A DNA stretch of 64,000 nt from assembly GCF_036321535.1 (NCBI RefSeq), contig NC_087445.1, positions 42,098,001 to 42,162,000 on the forward strand, in the 5' to 3' direction. The DNA is from Camelus dromedarius. Its lineage: Eukaryota. Shown here piece after piece: positions 50,943 to 63,230 of the stretch. Below the pieces are notes generated by a model. It worked only from the letters and a program-made list of their open reading frames with translations, ran no database searches and was not told the origin of the DNA. Within the stretch, counting starts at the first letter, position 1. The number at the start of each line of letters is the position of its first letter. The position numbers and the translations under genes are program-made.

Positions 50943-52725
50943 CCCACACCAAAGATGGGATAGTCCCTTGCCAATCAAAATTCTGAGATAACATGTTTTT
51001 CTACTTATATGCCAAATATTTAAAAGCCCCTGTTCAGTTCAGTTTCCTTAATCAACAACTGCAAGGCATGACTAGTGACTCTAATCACTGCTCTCCCCAC
51101 TGCAGGCCGTGAGGCAGGGCTGTGGAACTGGGCGGAGGCTGGACTGAGCTATGCTCCCTCCTTCAATACGTAACCGAGGAAACCATGCCCTCAACCCTGG
51201 GATAACTTGTGGTAAGGCCAGACAATGACACAGATATTTTCCAGGTAGCTGGAAGAATGAAACAAAGGAAAAGGCTAATGACAGAGGCACAGAAGCTGGT
51301 TGCAAAATTAAAAAAAAAAAAAAAAAAAAAAAGAACAACTAGAACAAAGCTCAAGACTGCATCGTGGGTACTGAATAAGGTAACCCATGAGAAGGGAGAA
51401 AAGTTTTTGTTTCCTTTTGCCTTCAAGAACTATTATATGCTGTGATAATAATATTCTATGTGCAAAGCCATTTAAACTGTTGTCCCCCTAGCCCTGTCTT
51501 CTGTGAGGCAATGATCTTGCCTTCTGTGATTTTGCTTGATTGCTGTACTTTTCGGGAAGGTAACTCTAAATTTGGTGAGGGATTACTGTATTGTGATAGA
51601 TCAAATGTGAAGAGGTATCATTTACATGCATTATAAATAAATAAAAACTGTGACTCTAAACATTACTGAGCTGTACAAGGAGTCGAGATGCCCTGTCTGG
51701 TGGGATGATCCTGTAAACAGACAGACATGAAGTCAAGAGCAGTGCACACTGGCAATGCGGCCGCAATTTACTTAGGGGAAGACAGGTGAGAAACAGTGTG
51801 TGAAAATCTGGAAATGCTTAGCAACCTTGAGCACTGCGAGCTGCTCCGGGAAACCTATATAAATGTTCCCTGCAAATCCTACTTTTATACTTTCTGCAAT
51901 ACATTGCTATAAAATAGTAGGATTTTGTTAGTAGTTCTGTTTTAATCGCAGGCTTATGTATTATAGGTACTGTTTAGTACCAACACTAGCAAAAGCAAAA
52001 GTTGCAAAAAGATTTAAAATGGTTAGCGGATGCCAAGATTTCATCCCAGGCCGCGTGAAAAGGTAAATTGGAATTCACATCATTTTACTGTGGAAAAAGA
52101 AATACGAAGCTGTTCCCAAACTAGAAAGTCAGGAAAACATTAGGCCTCCAGACTCAATGTTTACATAATGCAGAGCTTGAGGGGCTTCTGCATAAGCTGA
52201 ATGCAACCTCTTTAATTTAATAATGAGGGTACCAAGACTTGGATGTGAAATGATTTTCCCAGGATTAATGGGTAAACTAGTGGAATTCTGTCTTCCTTAG
52301 CTGTCGCCCAAGAGCAGTACAGCGTCGTGCTCACACCTGCAGTTTCCTTTCCTCGTGGAAGGAGCTGTACCAACCCGGCTGGAGCACACTCTAGGGCACT
52401 CTGGGAAGCCTTTGTAACAGTGAGCAGCGGCAACATAGGGACTGAGATTAAGTACCAGGAGAGGAGCAGCAACCCTGAGTGGAAGTCTGGCTTCATTGGT
52501 AATTAGCAGGGACACTGGGCAAGTCACTTAACCTCGTGGGATCCCAATTTTTTCATTTTATAAGGAGCTCAAAATAGATGAACTCTAACCTTCAGCTCTA
52601 ACGTTTTATAAATGTGATCAGTTTATTCAGGTCGACACAAATACTGTATTTTTGTGAAGCAACAAGTCTTTGGACAACTTTGGAGTTTACCTTCAGCTTT
52701 GTGCAAATGCTCCTTGCTGTGGCTA

Positions 52726-52744
52726 CAGTACCACCTAGTGGACG
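52726..52744 (-). promoter_or_regulatory. Candidate CTCF site
   Basis: Minus-strand CGTCCACTAGGTGGTACTG versus consensus TGGCCACCAGGGGGCGCTA. The core CCACTAGGTGG is intact. Confidence 0.45.
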
Positions 52745-52974
52745 TTTGGCTGACTTGAGTAGCCAAGAGTAATAAAAATTCCAATTCTAAAAAGAACTGT
52801 TTATCTATTAAAACAACAACAACAACAAATGACTGGAAGGACATCCAAAGGTCATATATACAATCTTATGCAAGGGTCAAAAATAACTACCATTGACATA
52901 TGAGAATCTATCTTCTCATTACTGAGGGCCATTACTGGCATGCTAGAAAAATGACTTCAAGAAGTTGATATTAC

Positions 52975-53885
52975 CTATGAAGTGGAAGAAATATTTGCAA
53001 ATAATATAGTCTGGACTATAAAGTAACTTTTACAAGTCAACAGCAACCAAAAAACCTGATTCAAAGGAACTGAAAAGACATTTCTCCATAGATGTACAAA
53101 TGGCCAATAAGCACATTAAAAAGATGTTCAACATTACTAATCATTAGGGAGATCAAAATCACAGTAAGATCCACTTCATATCTATTAGGATTGCTATCAT
53201 AAAAAACAAACCAAAACCCAAACCAGTAAGTGTTGGNNNNNNNNNNNNNNNNNNNNNNNNNNNNNNNNNNNNNNNNNNNNNNNNNNNNNNNNNNNNNNNN
53301 NNNNNNNNNNNNNNNNNNNNNNNNNNNNNNNNNNNNNNNNNNNNNNNNNNNNNNNNNNNNNNNNNNNNNNNNNNNNNNTGAAAGCAAGAACTTGAACAAA
53401 TATTTATATACGCATTTCACAGCAGCATTACTGAAATAGCCATAAGGTAGAAACAACCCAAATGTCCACTGATGGGTAAAAGGATGAAAGAAATGTGGTA
53501 TATGATACATACAATGAAATTATCAGTCAGCCTTAAAAAAGGAAATGGCTNNNNNNNNNNNNNNNNNNNNNNNNNNNNNNNNNNNNNNNNNNNNNNNNNN
53601 NNNNNNNNNNNNNNNNNNNNNNNNNNNNNNNNNNNNNNNNNNNNNNNNNNNNNNNNNNNNNNNNNNNNNNNNNNNNNNNNNNNNNNNNNNNNNNNNNNNN
53701 NNNNNNNNNNNNNNNNNTGGGAGTTACTGCTTAACGCGTTCAGTTTCAATTTGCAAAGATGAAAAAATTCTGGAGATGGATGGGTGGTGATGGCTGCACG
53801 AGACTGTGAATATTCTTAATACCACTGAACTGTACACTTTAAAAATGGTAAAGGTTATATATTTTTCACTACAGTACAAAATTGG
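52975..53885 (+). mobile_element. 5'-truncated LINE-1 (L1MB-like) 3' end
   Basis: gaaatatttgcaaat...aagacatttctcc...aacaacccaaatgtccactgatgg...gatgaaaaaattctggagatgg...actgaactgtacactttaaaaatgg. Confidence 0.9.
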
Positions 53886-54802
53886 TATCAGCATGAAGCA
53901 GAGAATGAAGCTTTTTAGAGAAGAAAAACTCTTCCTTGTTCCCTTAAAACTTGTTTTTAATTTTTCCGCAGTTCTCTTTCAGTGGTTTAGAGTTCATATA
54001 TACTACATCATTAACTCAAAATACATACGGAAAGAGTGAGCTGTCCTTGGTAACTGTTGAAATACTTTCAAAAGGGGAAGGTATACTTTTAAGAATCTGG
54101 GAGAAAGAAAATAAACATGATTGCCCTCTGTGATTTTCAACTAATAGATAATGCACATTCGATGAGACATCGGAGTGTCCCTTTCTTTGAGTCTGATCCG
54201 GAAGGGAGAGGTGCTAAACGTGCGAATGCTCACTCCGTTCCAGGCTGGGCTCAGCGCCAGGGGACATCAGGCGATGGCATTCGGATGCCTGGAGTGCGGG
54301 TTATGCAGTTTTGCTGCCACAGTCTGCAGCCCAAGAGCAGGGTAAACTGGTGACAGCTGGGGTGGCCTTTGCTGGAAGGGACCGGACTCTGTCAGAGTGA
54401 CTGACTCTGAGTGAGTGCCCTTTGCTCTTGTTTTCAACGAGGTGGTTGCATGGGGCCTCTCTGGGGGTGGCTACAAAGGAATGGCTGTCCTTTGCAAAAA
54501 TTAATTCGATTAATTTTAGGCTTCAGTAAGCCCTTCCCAGGGCCTTTCCCATCTGAAGTACTCTCTGCGCTCCTGTACTTAATCTAGCTCTACAAAATCT
54601 ACCTTTGGAAAGAGATACTGGGCAAATGACATGATCCTAATTTACATGTGTCAGGGGAAGCTTGGTGTATATTGGCATTTTAACTGGGTCTGACAAGCCA
54701 AATGCAGGAGCCTCGCTCTAACTTTGGAGTTCTTGACATCCATGAGCTGGCAGGGGGCAAACTAGGGGGGAAGGTGTGGTGGTCCTCAGAGTTCCTCTAA
54801 AG

Positions 54803-55022
54803 CAGGGTTTTTGAAACATGGCTCTATTGACATTTGGAGCAGGATAATTCTTCCTTCTGGGGGGCTGTTCTGTGTACTGTAGGATGTTTAGCAGAACCCT
54901 GACCTTTCCCACTACATGCCAGTAGCACCCCTCCAACTGTGAGACTGAAAGATGTCTCTAGACATTGGCAAATGTGCCCTGGGGGGCAAAACAGCCTCCC
55001 CCAGCCCAGTAGAGAACCACTG
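54803..55022 (-). mobile_element. Full-length MER20 (hAT-Charlie MITE)
   Basis: The 220 bp run from cagggttttt to gagaaccactg matches MER20 antisense throughout. The TSD is degenerate, CTCTAAAG/CTGTAAAC. Confidence 0.93.
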
Positions 55023-56836
55023 CTGTAAACATACCACGTAGGTGGTCAGCTGCTCTGCCAATATCCATCACTGGCTATTCTTGCCAAGAAGCCTATAATC
55101 TCACTAAGGAATTCAGATCTACACTGAAACTATTAACAAATGGTATGAGCCAGGATATAAGACTAAGTGCTCAAAAGTGAAACAATGACAGTAACTCTTA
55201 TCGGATTTCCTCAAGAACTTCCAGCAAAATTTGATAAAATGGAGTAAGGATATTAATGTCTAAAGAGAAATCTCCCTATTTTTTGAAGACAACAAAAGCT
55301 GCCTAAAGGAGAATGAACAATATGGATCTCAAACTGGTCCATTTTCATCTGATTTCCTAGGCAAAACCTGTCACCTTCTTTATCACCCTTCAGCCCAACC
55401 TGACGTTTGATCAAGACTGCTGATCTTGAAGTCATGGTGCCCCCTCTTCCATTTGCTCCTTCTGAACGAGAATAAGCCCCCAAATATCCTCCAAATGCAG
55501 GGAATTCGTTGAGTTTTAATGTTCTGGGGTTGTAGCTTTTGAAAACAAGGACCTGTGTTGCCCTGGAAACCAGGAAGCAAAGTTGGCTTTTGTCCCTTAA
55601 ACCCCACTGGAGTAGCACCCTGTATTAAACAGCTCAACAAGGACAAATCTGCCAAACAACACAGAAAGGGGACGCAGCTGCTGGAGAGAAGAGGCTGGAC
55701 ACTCACGCAGCTCTCGCTCCCAGGCGGGCGGAAGGTCCAGGGAGAATGCAGGAGCTTCTCATCTACTGGGACCGTTACACTCTCCAAAGAAGAACACGGG
55801 TTGTAATAATTCCAGTAAAAATTACCTCTTCTCTGTATAAAAGGTGAAGAGACACTTCTAATGGGGACTCTGCACCTGAGTAATGAAATACCAACAAGCA
55901 CTTGTTTCTCCTCATGACGATTCACGCTGGTTAATGGGACTGAGTAACTGGAAAAATGATTGGCACAACTTGAGACATTTCAGGTTAGTTTTAGAATTTA
56001 GCATCTGGTCTGGAATATTAAGAAATCTATGTTAATTTCAGTGTGTGGAGTGATGTTTCTCATTCAAAAAGGTTGGGTTTAAATTTATCTTTAGTGTTTT
56101 AAAAGGCACTCTCGAGATGACAGAGGAAAGGATGACATCTATTAATGAACCTTCATTCATCGTCTAATGAATAGATTGATTTTTTTTCTATCCAGTTAGA
56201 TGTTGGTTCATTTATAATATGCTTACTGCTTGGAGGATGTGTGGAAAGGCAGGTAAATACTTCACTTTACATGCCAGGACCCCCTAAAAACATAATCTCA
56301 AATCAAACCAGAGGCCACAGCCTGCCAGACTCAAAAAACAGGGAGCTTATTATTCGTGTCAACAACAGGCCTTTGTCAGAAAAGGCCTCCTCCCCCTGGT
56401 TTTCTTTCACTGCTGTCTTCCCCATTGAAAGAGCTCTACTTCTGTGTGAGCTAGCATCTGAAATTCCAACCTGGGAATCACTTAGCCGCATAGATCAAAT
56501 GGCCCTAAATTCCAGCTCCAGAATCTTAGGAGCTTGTCCTTTTGGTTTGACAAGTTCCAAGCAAGACCTCAGGTGAGACCTCCCTTCTCAGTGGGAAAGC
56601 AACTTAAGGCATGGAACCACTGGTCATTTTAGTGACTCTGAAACAAAAGATTATTACACATAGATGTTTTACATCTGTGACAAAGGGACTCTTCCTGCAC
56701 GCTGGGCAATTTGGAAATGTAATCACAAAGCAAAGATAAACCTGTTTTAAGATTTTTATTTTTCAGGTTACGAAAAATAAAACATGGCCTCCCCTGGTTC
56801 TTCCATAGTTTTTCATCAGTGGGGATTTTCTTGGTT

Positions 56837-56857
56837 GGGTGTTAGGGGTGGGGTGGG
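56837..56857 (+). other. Canonical G-quadruplex-forming motif
   Basis: GGG tgtta GGGG t GGGG t GGG. Confidence 0.6.
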
Positions 56858-57879
56858 TCTAGCTATTATCCCAGTTCTGTGGACAACTCTCAGGTGAGAA
56901 GGAAGCCCTGGCGTATGTTAGGAACACTATGACACTGTATGTTAGAAACAGTTTAATGAATACATAACCTGTGTGCAAGCCCTTTTAAATTCGATGCTGT
57001 CTCTTCCCTTTTAGTAAGTTGACAGCCTATTTAAAGGATGCAGGGCCAGTGAGGGGATGGGGAGACATGGGACATACATTAAACATAAGTTTGGGCTGCC
57101 ACAGGTTCAGTGATTAGTTTCAGCCTGACCTCATTGGGCACATCAGCCTGGCACCATTGGGGGAGTGTGGCAGGAAATCAGCTGCTAATTACAGTATTAA
57201 CATGCTGCACATGAATTAGGAAGAGCACATTTAGTGTCTTTTTTTTTTAAAAAAAGAATTAAAACTAAGAGGCATCGGGTGAAACCAAGTTTAACGGAGA
57301 ATTAAAGATACATTCCTCTTGTCATTATCACATGCCCCTTGAGCACCCGTGAGACCTAAGGATGTGTATGGCTCTCTGGGTGGGGGCAAAAATGACTCAA
57401 ACGACCCATCCCTCAGTTTGCTGTGTAGTGCTACGTAATTTGCAGAGCCCAGGTCAAAACAAAAATGCATGGCTGAAAAACTAAGCTGGTGACATCAGAG
57501 CATTAAACCAAGAGCGGGGCCCTGTGTGACTGCAGGTGGTGGTACAACCTGTGAAGATGGCCCTGTTAGTGGACGAGATTTTGTATTTTAAGACATACAA
57601 ACTAAGCGGAATTTATGGCTGCAGCTGTTTCTGATGATTACTAATTTTACCTTAAACTGAGTCACAAGGAAAAAATGTGCCCCCAAAACAAAATAAAAAC
57701 CCAACTCTGTTGACTGGGAGGTTGGGGAGCAACTATGTCCCATCTGCTGCTGTGTGCTACTCCAAACTCACTACTCTCCCTATGTCTAGGTTGGGATGGA
57801 GAGTGAGATCTCAGTAACAAGCAGACTGCCCGACCCTCCCATCAAGGACAGTTATCAGTGAAGAGCATTGTGCAGTGTA

Positions 57880-58150
57880 GAGCTGGAATCTTTCTAAATT
57901 GCAATCCACATGAACAAATATATTGCACTTAATCCAGACACACACACACACACACACACACACAAGTATAATGGAAACAAAAGTTTCAAGAAACCATAAT
58001 TTTGGCTGTGGTATTCTTTGATAGTTTTGATTAAATTTCATTTAAGTCTATCCCAATTAATTTTTAAAAGATACTGCTCATGACCCACCATATGGAATTC
58101 ACAACCCAACAATGGTTCCAACTCACTGATGTGTTGAAATCACACTGTTT
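57880..58150. mobile_element. hAT-like MITE containing an (AC)13 microsatellite (57938-57964)
   Basis: aaacaaaagtttcaagaaac...ctgctcatgacccac...ttcacaacccaacaatgg...gttgaaatcacactg. Confidence 0.6.
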
Positions 58151-58914
58151 TAGTGGCTATTATTCTTCTCTGCCAGGTGTGCTTTCCTCCACAATCCCCT
58201 AGTCTTCTGGAAATCCAATGTGCCCCTGGACCACTAGGCCAATGTTAACTTATACTGAGTCAATCAACATACTGTATCACCCGCTTCCTTGAGAGTTTCA
58301 ATTTGGAGTTGGAGTGGAAACTTCCTTTTCTCTTAAGTTGCTAAACCGAGAAGATGTGATTCGGGATGGTTTGAGGAGAAAAAGAGAAACTTCCAACCAA
58401 ATCCCCTGTTCAAGGAGCCTCTAAGGCAGCTTCCCAGTTGCATGAGCCATTATGTGCCTGAGTTAAGTTTGCAAGAATTTTTATCTTTTTTTCAACTCCA
58501 AAGTAACGACTAAAATAAACACTATAATAAGCAAAACATATAAGCAGATAACAAATATGTTATGAATATGAATAGCTTTCTCTTAAAAGGCGTATTGACT
58601 GCAGTTTCTTTCTTTTTGCATTTTAAAACCTTTTCCTTCTGTTATTCTGAAAGGAATTTTTCTTAAACTAAAGCGCCCCCTGTCCCCTCCCCTTTTCAAC
58701 AGTTACACAAACCACACTTTTCCCCATGTTTTCATCTTATAGACCAAATAAGTATCAATTAGATCTATTACTCTGGCTATAAGGCTTAAATGTCGAATCA
58801 AAGAGTTCTCTCAAAGATTTCATCTCTACGGAATTAGCCACAGATGATGACGCTTGGAAATAAAAGTTGTAACAGCATTTCCTTCACCATTATTGACAGT
58901 ATGAACTATCATCT

Positions 58915-59100
58915 GCTGAACAGACATCTATGTGCTCCAATAAGTTTACATGTTATTTTTAATAATCCTCATGACACTCTGAGACAAGTAACATCCTCAT
59001 TTTGTACATTAAAAGGGAGCATGGGGATATTAATTTGTTCAAGATTACCCAGCTTGAAAGGGTAGAGCTGCAATTCAAAGCAGGATTCTTTCTACTTCCT
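58915..59100 (-). mobile_element. MIR
   Basis: taatcctcatgac...cctcattttgtac...gttcaagattacccagc...gagctgcaattcaaagcagg. Confidence 0.7.
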
Positions 59101-60339
59101 ACTTCCCTGCTGCCTCTTGAGGGAAGGTCTTCCAATGTCCCCAAAAGAGAAATGCCTGTTCTCTTATTCCTATTTTAAAGAGACAATTCACATCAAAAGA
59201 GTTGGTAATTCAAAAAATAAATACTGTTTTCATTCATTTCTTCAGACACTCATGGGTCAGAACATACTGGAGATGTCACGGTGGCAGAATTAACGAAGGC
59301 AGCAGAAGAAATTTAGAGAATGACAGCTATTCATGCCTCGGGATCTTAATCTAGTCTTGAAATCTCATGCAGTTGGGACCTCCTCGTAAGTACTGAGCCT
59401 GGTATTCCATCAAATGTGCCATTTTTTCCAGAGAAGAGCAAAATCACAGATAACTGTCTTAAGTTTTATAAACTGCAGATTCCCCACTAAAAGACAAATT
59501 CTTCTCCTTTTTAAAAAAGAGAATCAGACGGTACTCAAGCAAGACCCCAGCTGGTTAAATCTGGCCACTGAAGTGGCCCAGGTTCCTGTGGCTTTGAGCT
59601 GACAGCATTTCCATTTGACCATCTACCGTGTAGAGCTTTTATTTATTTTGAGCTTTAAACCCTCTGCATTTGCTCCATCTAAGATGAACAAACAAGTGCT
59701 GAGATAAATCCCAGCTTCATGAAATTGTCTCCCTTACTTCAATGAACTCCTTAATTTGCATTGTCTCTAAAGGCTGTCTCAGTCGAAGACATCTGCAGTA
59801 ACCTGACAGAAAATGCATGTTTTCTAAAGCGGCTGAGAATCTGTGAGGGGCCCTTTGTACTCATTTCTCCATTCACCCGAACCTCCACTGCATACTCCTT
59901 CAAGCAATTAGGAGAAGAAAAAGCTGCCTAAAAACCTTTTTTAAAAAGTGAACCAGATTTAATTAATACACACATCCACAAAAAATTTCTTAAACTTAAA
60001 AAATATCTATGATTTCTTAATCTACATGGTATATATGTTCACAAAAAACACTAGAAAATGCAGATAAGTAAAATGAATAAAACACAAAATCAAAATTGCC
60101 CTTAATCCAGCAATTCAGAGATAACCCCTGCTAACAGTTTCACACTAATAAACACCTGTATTATATCATTAAATAAAATGCATTTTAAAATGTACTTAAA
60201 TCATTAAAATATGAAATACTAAAATAATCATTAAAATTAATCAACCATAAAAATTTTTTAAAATCATGTTATTTTGAAATTATTTCTTTATGCCCATATA
60301 TAAAGAACAACTTTATATTGAGTATTAGTTATATATCTA

Positions 60340-60550
60340 CATCATTTTTAGTACCTAAATAGTATTTTACTTTTTAGATTTTTTTAACCAATCTCCTACT
60401 ACTGGATAATTTAGTTGTTTTCAATTGTTCACAGTTATACACAATGTTGTGATGGATTATCTTCTCACATCTTTGGGACTTATAACCAATTAAACAATTA
60501 GCATAAACCTCTAGAAGTGAAATTATTAGATCAAAGGGTGTAACCATCTC
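60340..60550 (-). mobile_element. L1ME-type 3' remnant
   Basis: aaccaatctcctactactggataatttagttgttttcaatt...ctagaagtgaaattattagatcaaaggg. Confidence 0.65.
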
Positions 60551-60835
60551 CAATGGAATACTACTTTGNNNNNNNNNNNNNNNNNNNNNNNNNNNNNNNN
60601 NNNNNNNNNNNNNNNNNNNNNNNNNNNNNNNNNNNNNNNNNNNNNNNNNNNNNNNNNNNNNNNNNNNNNNNNNNNNNNNNNNNNNNNNNNNNNNNNNNNN
60701 NNNNNNNNNNNNNNNNNNNNNNNNNNNNNNNNNNNNNNNNNNNNNNNNNNNNNNNNNNNNNNNNNNNNNNNNNNNNNNNNNNNNNNNNNNNNNNNNNNNN
60801 NNNNNNNNNNNNNNNNNNNNNNNNNNNNNNNNNNN

Positions 60836-62100
60836 CCAGTATATACGCCTTGCAAGAAATCCTTCAGGGAGAAGGAAAATGATATAGGTCAGAAATGCAG
60901 ATCTACATGGAAAAAGAACAACAGAAGCTCCAATAAAAACTTTTGTTTATCTTACCCTTCATTGATCCAACAGATAACAGGTTGCTCCGAATTGTAATAC
61001 AATAGTGTATTTGATTATGAACGTGTAAGTGAAATGAATGACAGCAATGATACAAGAGACGAAAGGGAGGAATTACAACTGTTCTGTTACTGTAAGTACT
61101 CACACTACACATGAAGTGGTATGCTGTCACCTGAAAGTGGATCTGTACTCGTTGTAAGTGCACATTGCAAACTCTAGCTGCAACTACTAAAATAAATATG
61201 TATATATATATGCAACCTATACACTAAGAAAGGAGAGAAAATGGAATCATAAAATGTTCAACTAAAACCACAAGAGAAAAAAACCACACGAAGTAGAAAA
61301 GCAGACAAAAACATCAATAAAGAACAAGGGCAACAGATAGAAAATAGTATCAGATATGACAGATATGGATCCAACCATATCAATAATCACTTTAAATGTA
61401 ATTGGTCTAAATACACCAATTAAAAAAGAGATTGTAAACATGGATCAAAAACCAAGACCAACTATATACTGTCTACAAGAAACTCACTTTAAATATACAG
61501 ACACATGTAGATTAAAGGTAAATGGACGAAGAAATATAAACCACATGAACACTAATCAAAATAAAGCTAAAGTAGCTGTATTAATTTCAGACAGATCAAA
61601 CTTCAGAGCAAAGAAAGTTCTCAGGGATAAAGAAGGGTATTGCATAAACGTAAAGGGGTCAATTCTCCAAGAAGACGTAAGAATCCTTAATATATATGCA
61701 CTTAAAAATCGAGTGTCACAATATGTAAGGTAAAACTGATATAGCTGCAAGGAAAAACAGGTAAATCCACTATTATATGAACTTCAACATCCTTCTGTCA
61801 GAAATGGACAGATCCAGCCAGCAAAAGATCAGTAAGGACATAATTAAACTCAATAGCACCACCACCAACTGGATATAACTGACATCTACTGCCTAATGCA
61901 TCCAAACACAGCAGAATAGACACTCTTCTCAAGCTCACATGGAACGTTCACCAAGATAGACCACATTTTGGGTCATAAAACATACCTGAATACATTTAAG
62001 AAATGCCACAATGTATGCTCTCAGATCACAATGGAATTAAACTAGAAATCAGTAATGAGAGAGAAAGTCAGAAAATCCTGAAAAATGTAGAGATTAAAAA
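60836..62100 (+). mobile_element. LINE-1 internal fragment: ORF1 end, spacer and ORF2 endonuclease domain
   Basis: The ORF at 61356-61733 reads ISIITLNVIGLNTPIK...YCLQETH...DKEGY...ILNIYA, an APE-type L1 endonuclease. Downstream gcacatggaacgttcaccaagatagaccacat-like text is frame-broken, and the element stops near 62100. Confidence 0.92.
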
Positions 62101-62177
62101 ACCTGCCCTCGCCCAGCTGCTGCCACCAAGGGGCTTCCTACTGTTCAGTCCCCACCTCTTGTGAAAACCCTGAGGGG

Positions 62178-62222
62178 CTTGCCAAGCACGAGCTCCACCA
62201 CTGAGCTCTATCTTCCCCCTCC
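62178..62222 (-). mobile_element. Possible Vic-1/tRNA-like head fragment
   Basis: Minus-strand ggggaagatagagctcagtggtggagctcgtgcttggcaagc resembles the Vic-1 head. There is no B box or tail. Confidence 0.4.
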
Positions 62223-62999
62223 CCCTGCACTCTATTTAGAATCCAATGTTACATAGAGCTTACCAACACACACACACGTAGTAAAACCGTGAAAAAATGC
62301 GCTTAGGAATAATAAATGTCAACTTGAGGCCAGTGGCTTCTGAGGAGGGAGAGAAATGAATTCGGGAAGTTTACACAAGGACTTTAATTGTAGCTATACC
62401 ATTTTATTTCTGTGAAAGTAAAGATTTAAAGCAAGTATGTCAAAAGTTTAAAGTTCTCTATAATTTTATAGCCTCCTGTATCACTGAAATAGTTTATAAA
62501 AACAGAGGTAAACAAAATTCACCTCCCTAGCTCTTCTCAATTTTATTCTTACATCAAGCTGTGTGTTTAGATGTTACGGCACCATATTAGACCGAGGAAA
62601 GTCTAAGAAAAAGGCTTTATGAATTCTGATGTTTGGTTTCCTGGAGAGGTATCACCATGGATATAATTTACTACCTCCCGCAGCATCTCTGTACAAAGTT
62701 GTAGGAGCTGTCATTTGGAGGGCTTGGTATCAAAAGAAACTGACTTTTTTTTTTTTTAACAGACACAGTGAACCTTGTAACAGACCGTGATTACTTCTTT
62801 TCTTTGGTTGCTAAGAGATGCTAGACTAAATCTGCGGGCTACCACTAGGAAAGGTACCTGGCTGTGTGATCTGTATTTCAATTCTTAATCTCACCCTCCA
62901 CTTCTTACTGTCCTTTCATCCAGATTTCTCAGATGATTTATTTTATCCTACTATGTGCCTGCAATTATGCAGACACACACACACGAACATGTAGTATAA

Positions 63000-63230
63000 A
63001 GGAAAATTTTGATAGATTTTTATTATATTAAAATTTACAACTTCTGTTCATCAAAAAACACCATTAAGAGGATAAATGGCAAGCTACAGAGTGGAAAAGA
63101 TGCCCGCAATGTAGATGACAAAGGCTCACACCCAGAATGTAAGGGGCACCTATGAATTGGTTAAAAAAGAAAGATATTTCAAAAGACAAATGGACAAAGT
63201 TGGTAAACAGCAGAGCTAAAGCTCTCATCT
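63000..63230 (+). mobile_element. Old L1 ORF2 3' fragment
   Basis: aacttctgttcatcaaaaaacaccattaagag...caagctacagagtggaaaagat...aaatggacaaag. Confidence 0.75.

Noticed and set aside
50879-51332. Long pyrimidine tracts on the pre-mRNA followed by AGs (51297-51296, 51250-51249) as a cryptic exon
   Set aside because: The acceptors look plausible, but I found no strong 5' splice site within exon distance. No TSD marks the A-tracts as retrocopy tails either.
51758-51765. Isolated NotI site GCGGCCGC
   Set aside because: No surrounding CpG enrichment; a single rare 8-mer is uninformative.
55383-55925. 180-aa minus-strand ORF in intron 5
   Set aside because: No recognisable homology or splice support; consistent with chance.
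61356-61733. 125-codon L1 endonuclease ORF as a domesticated gene
   Set aside because: It has deletions and non-conservative changes against the L1 consensus (e.g. NVIG, GRRNI). The frame breaks before the C-terminal catalytic residues, so it is a decayed L1.
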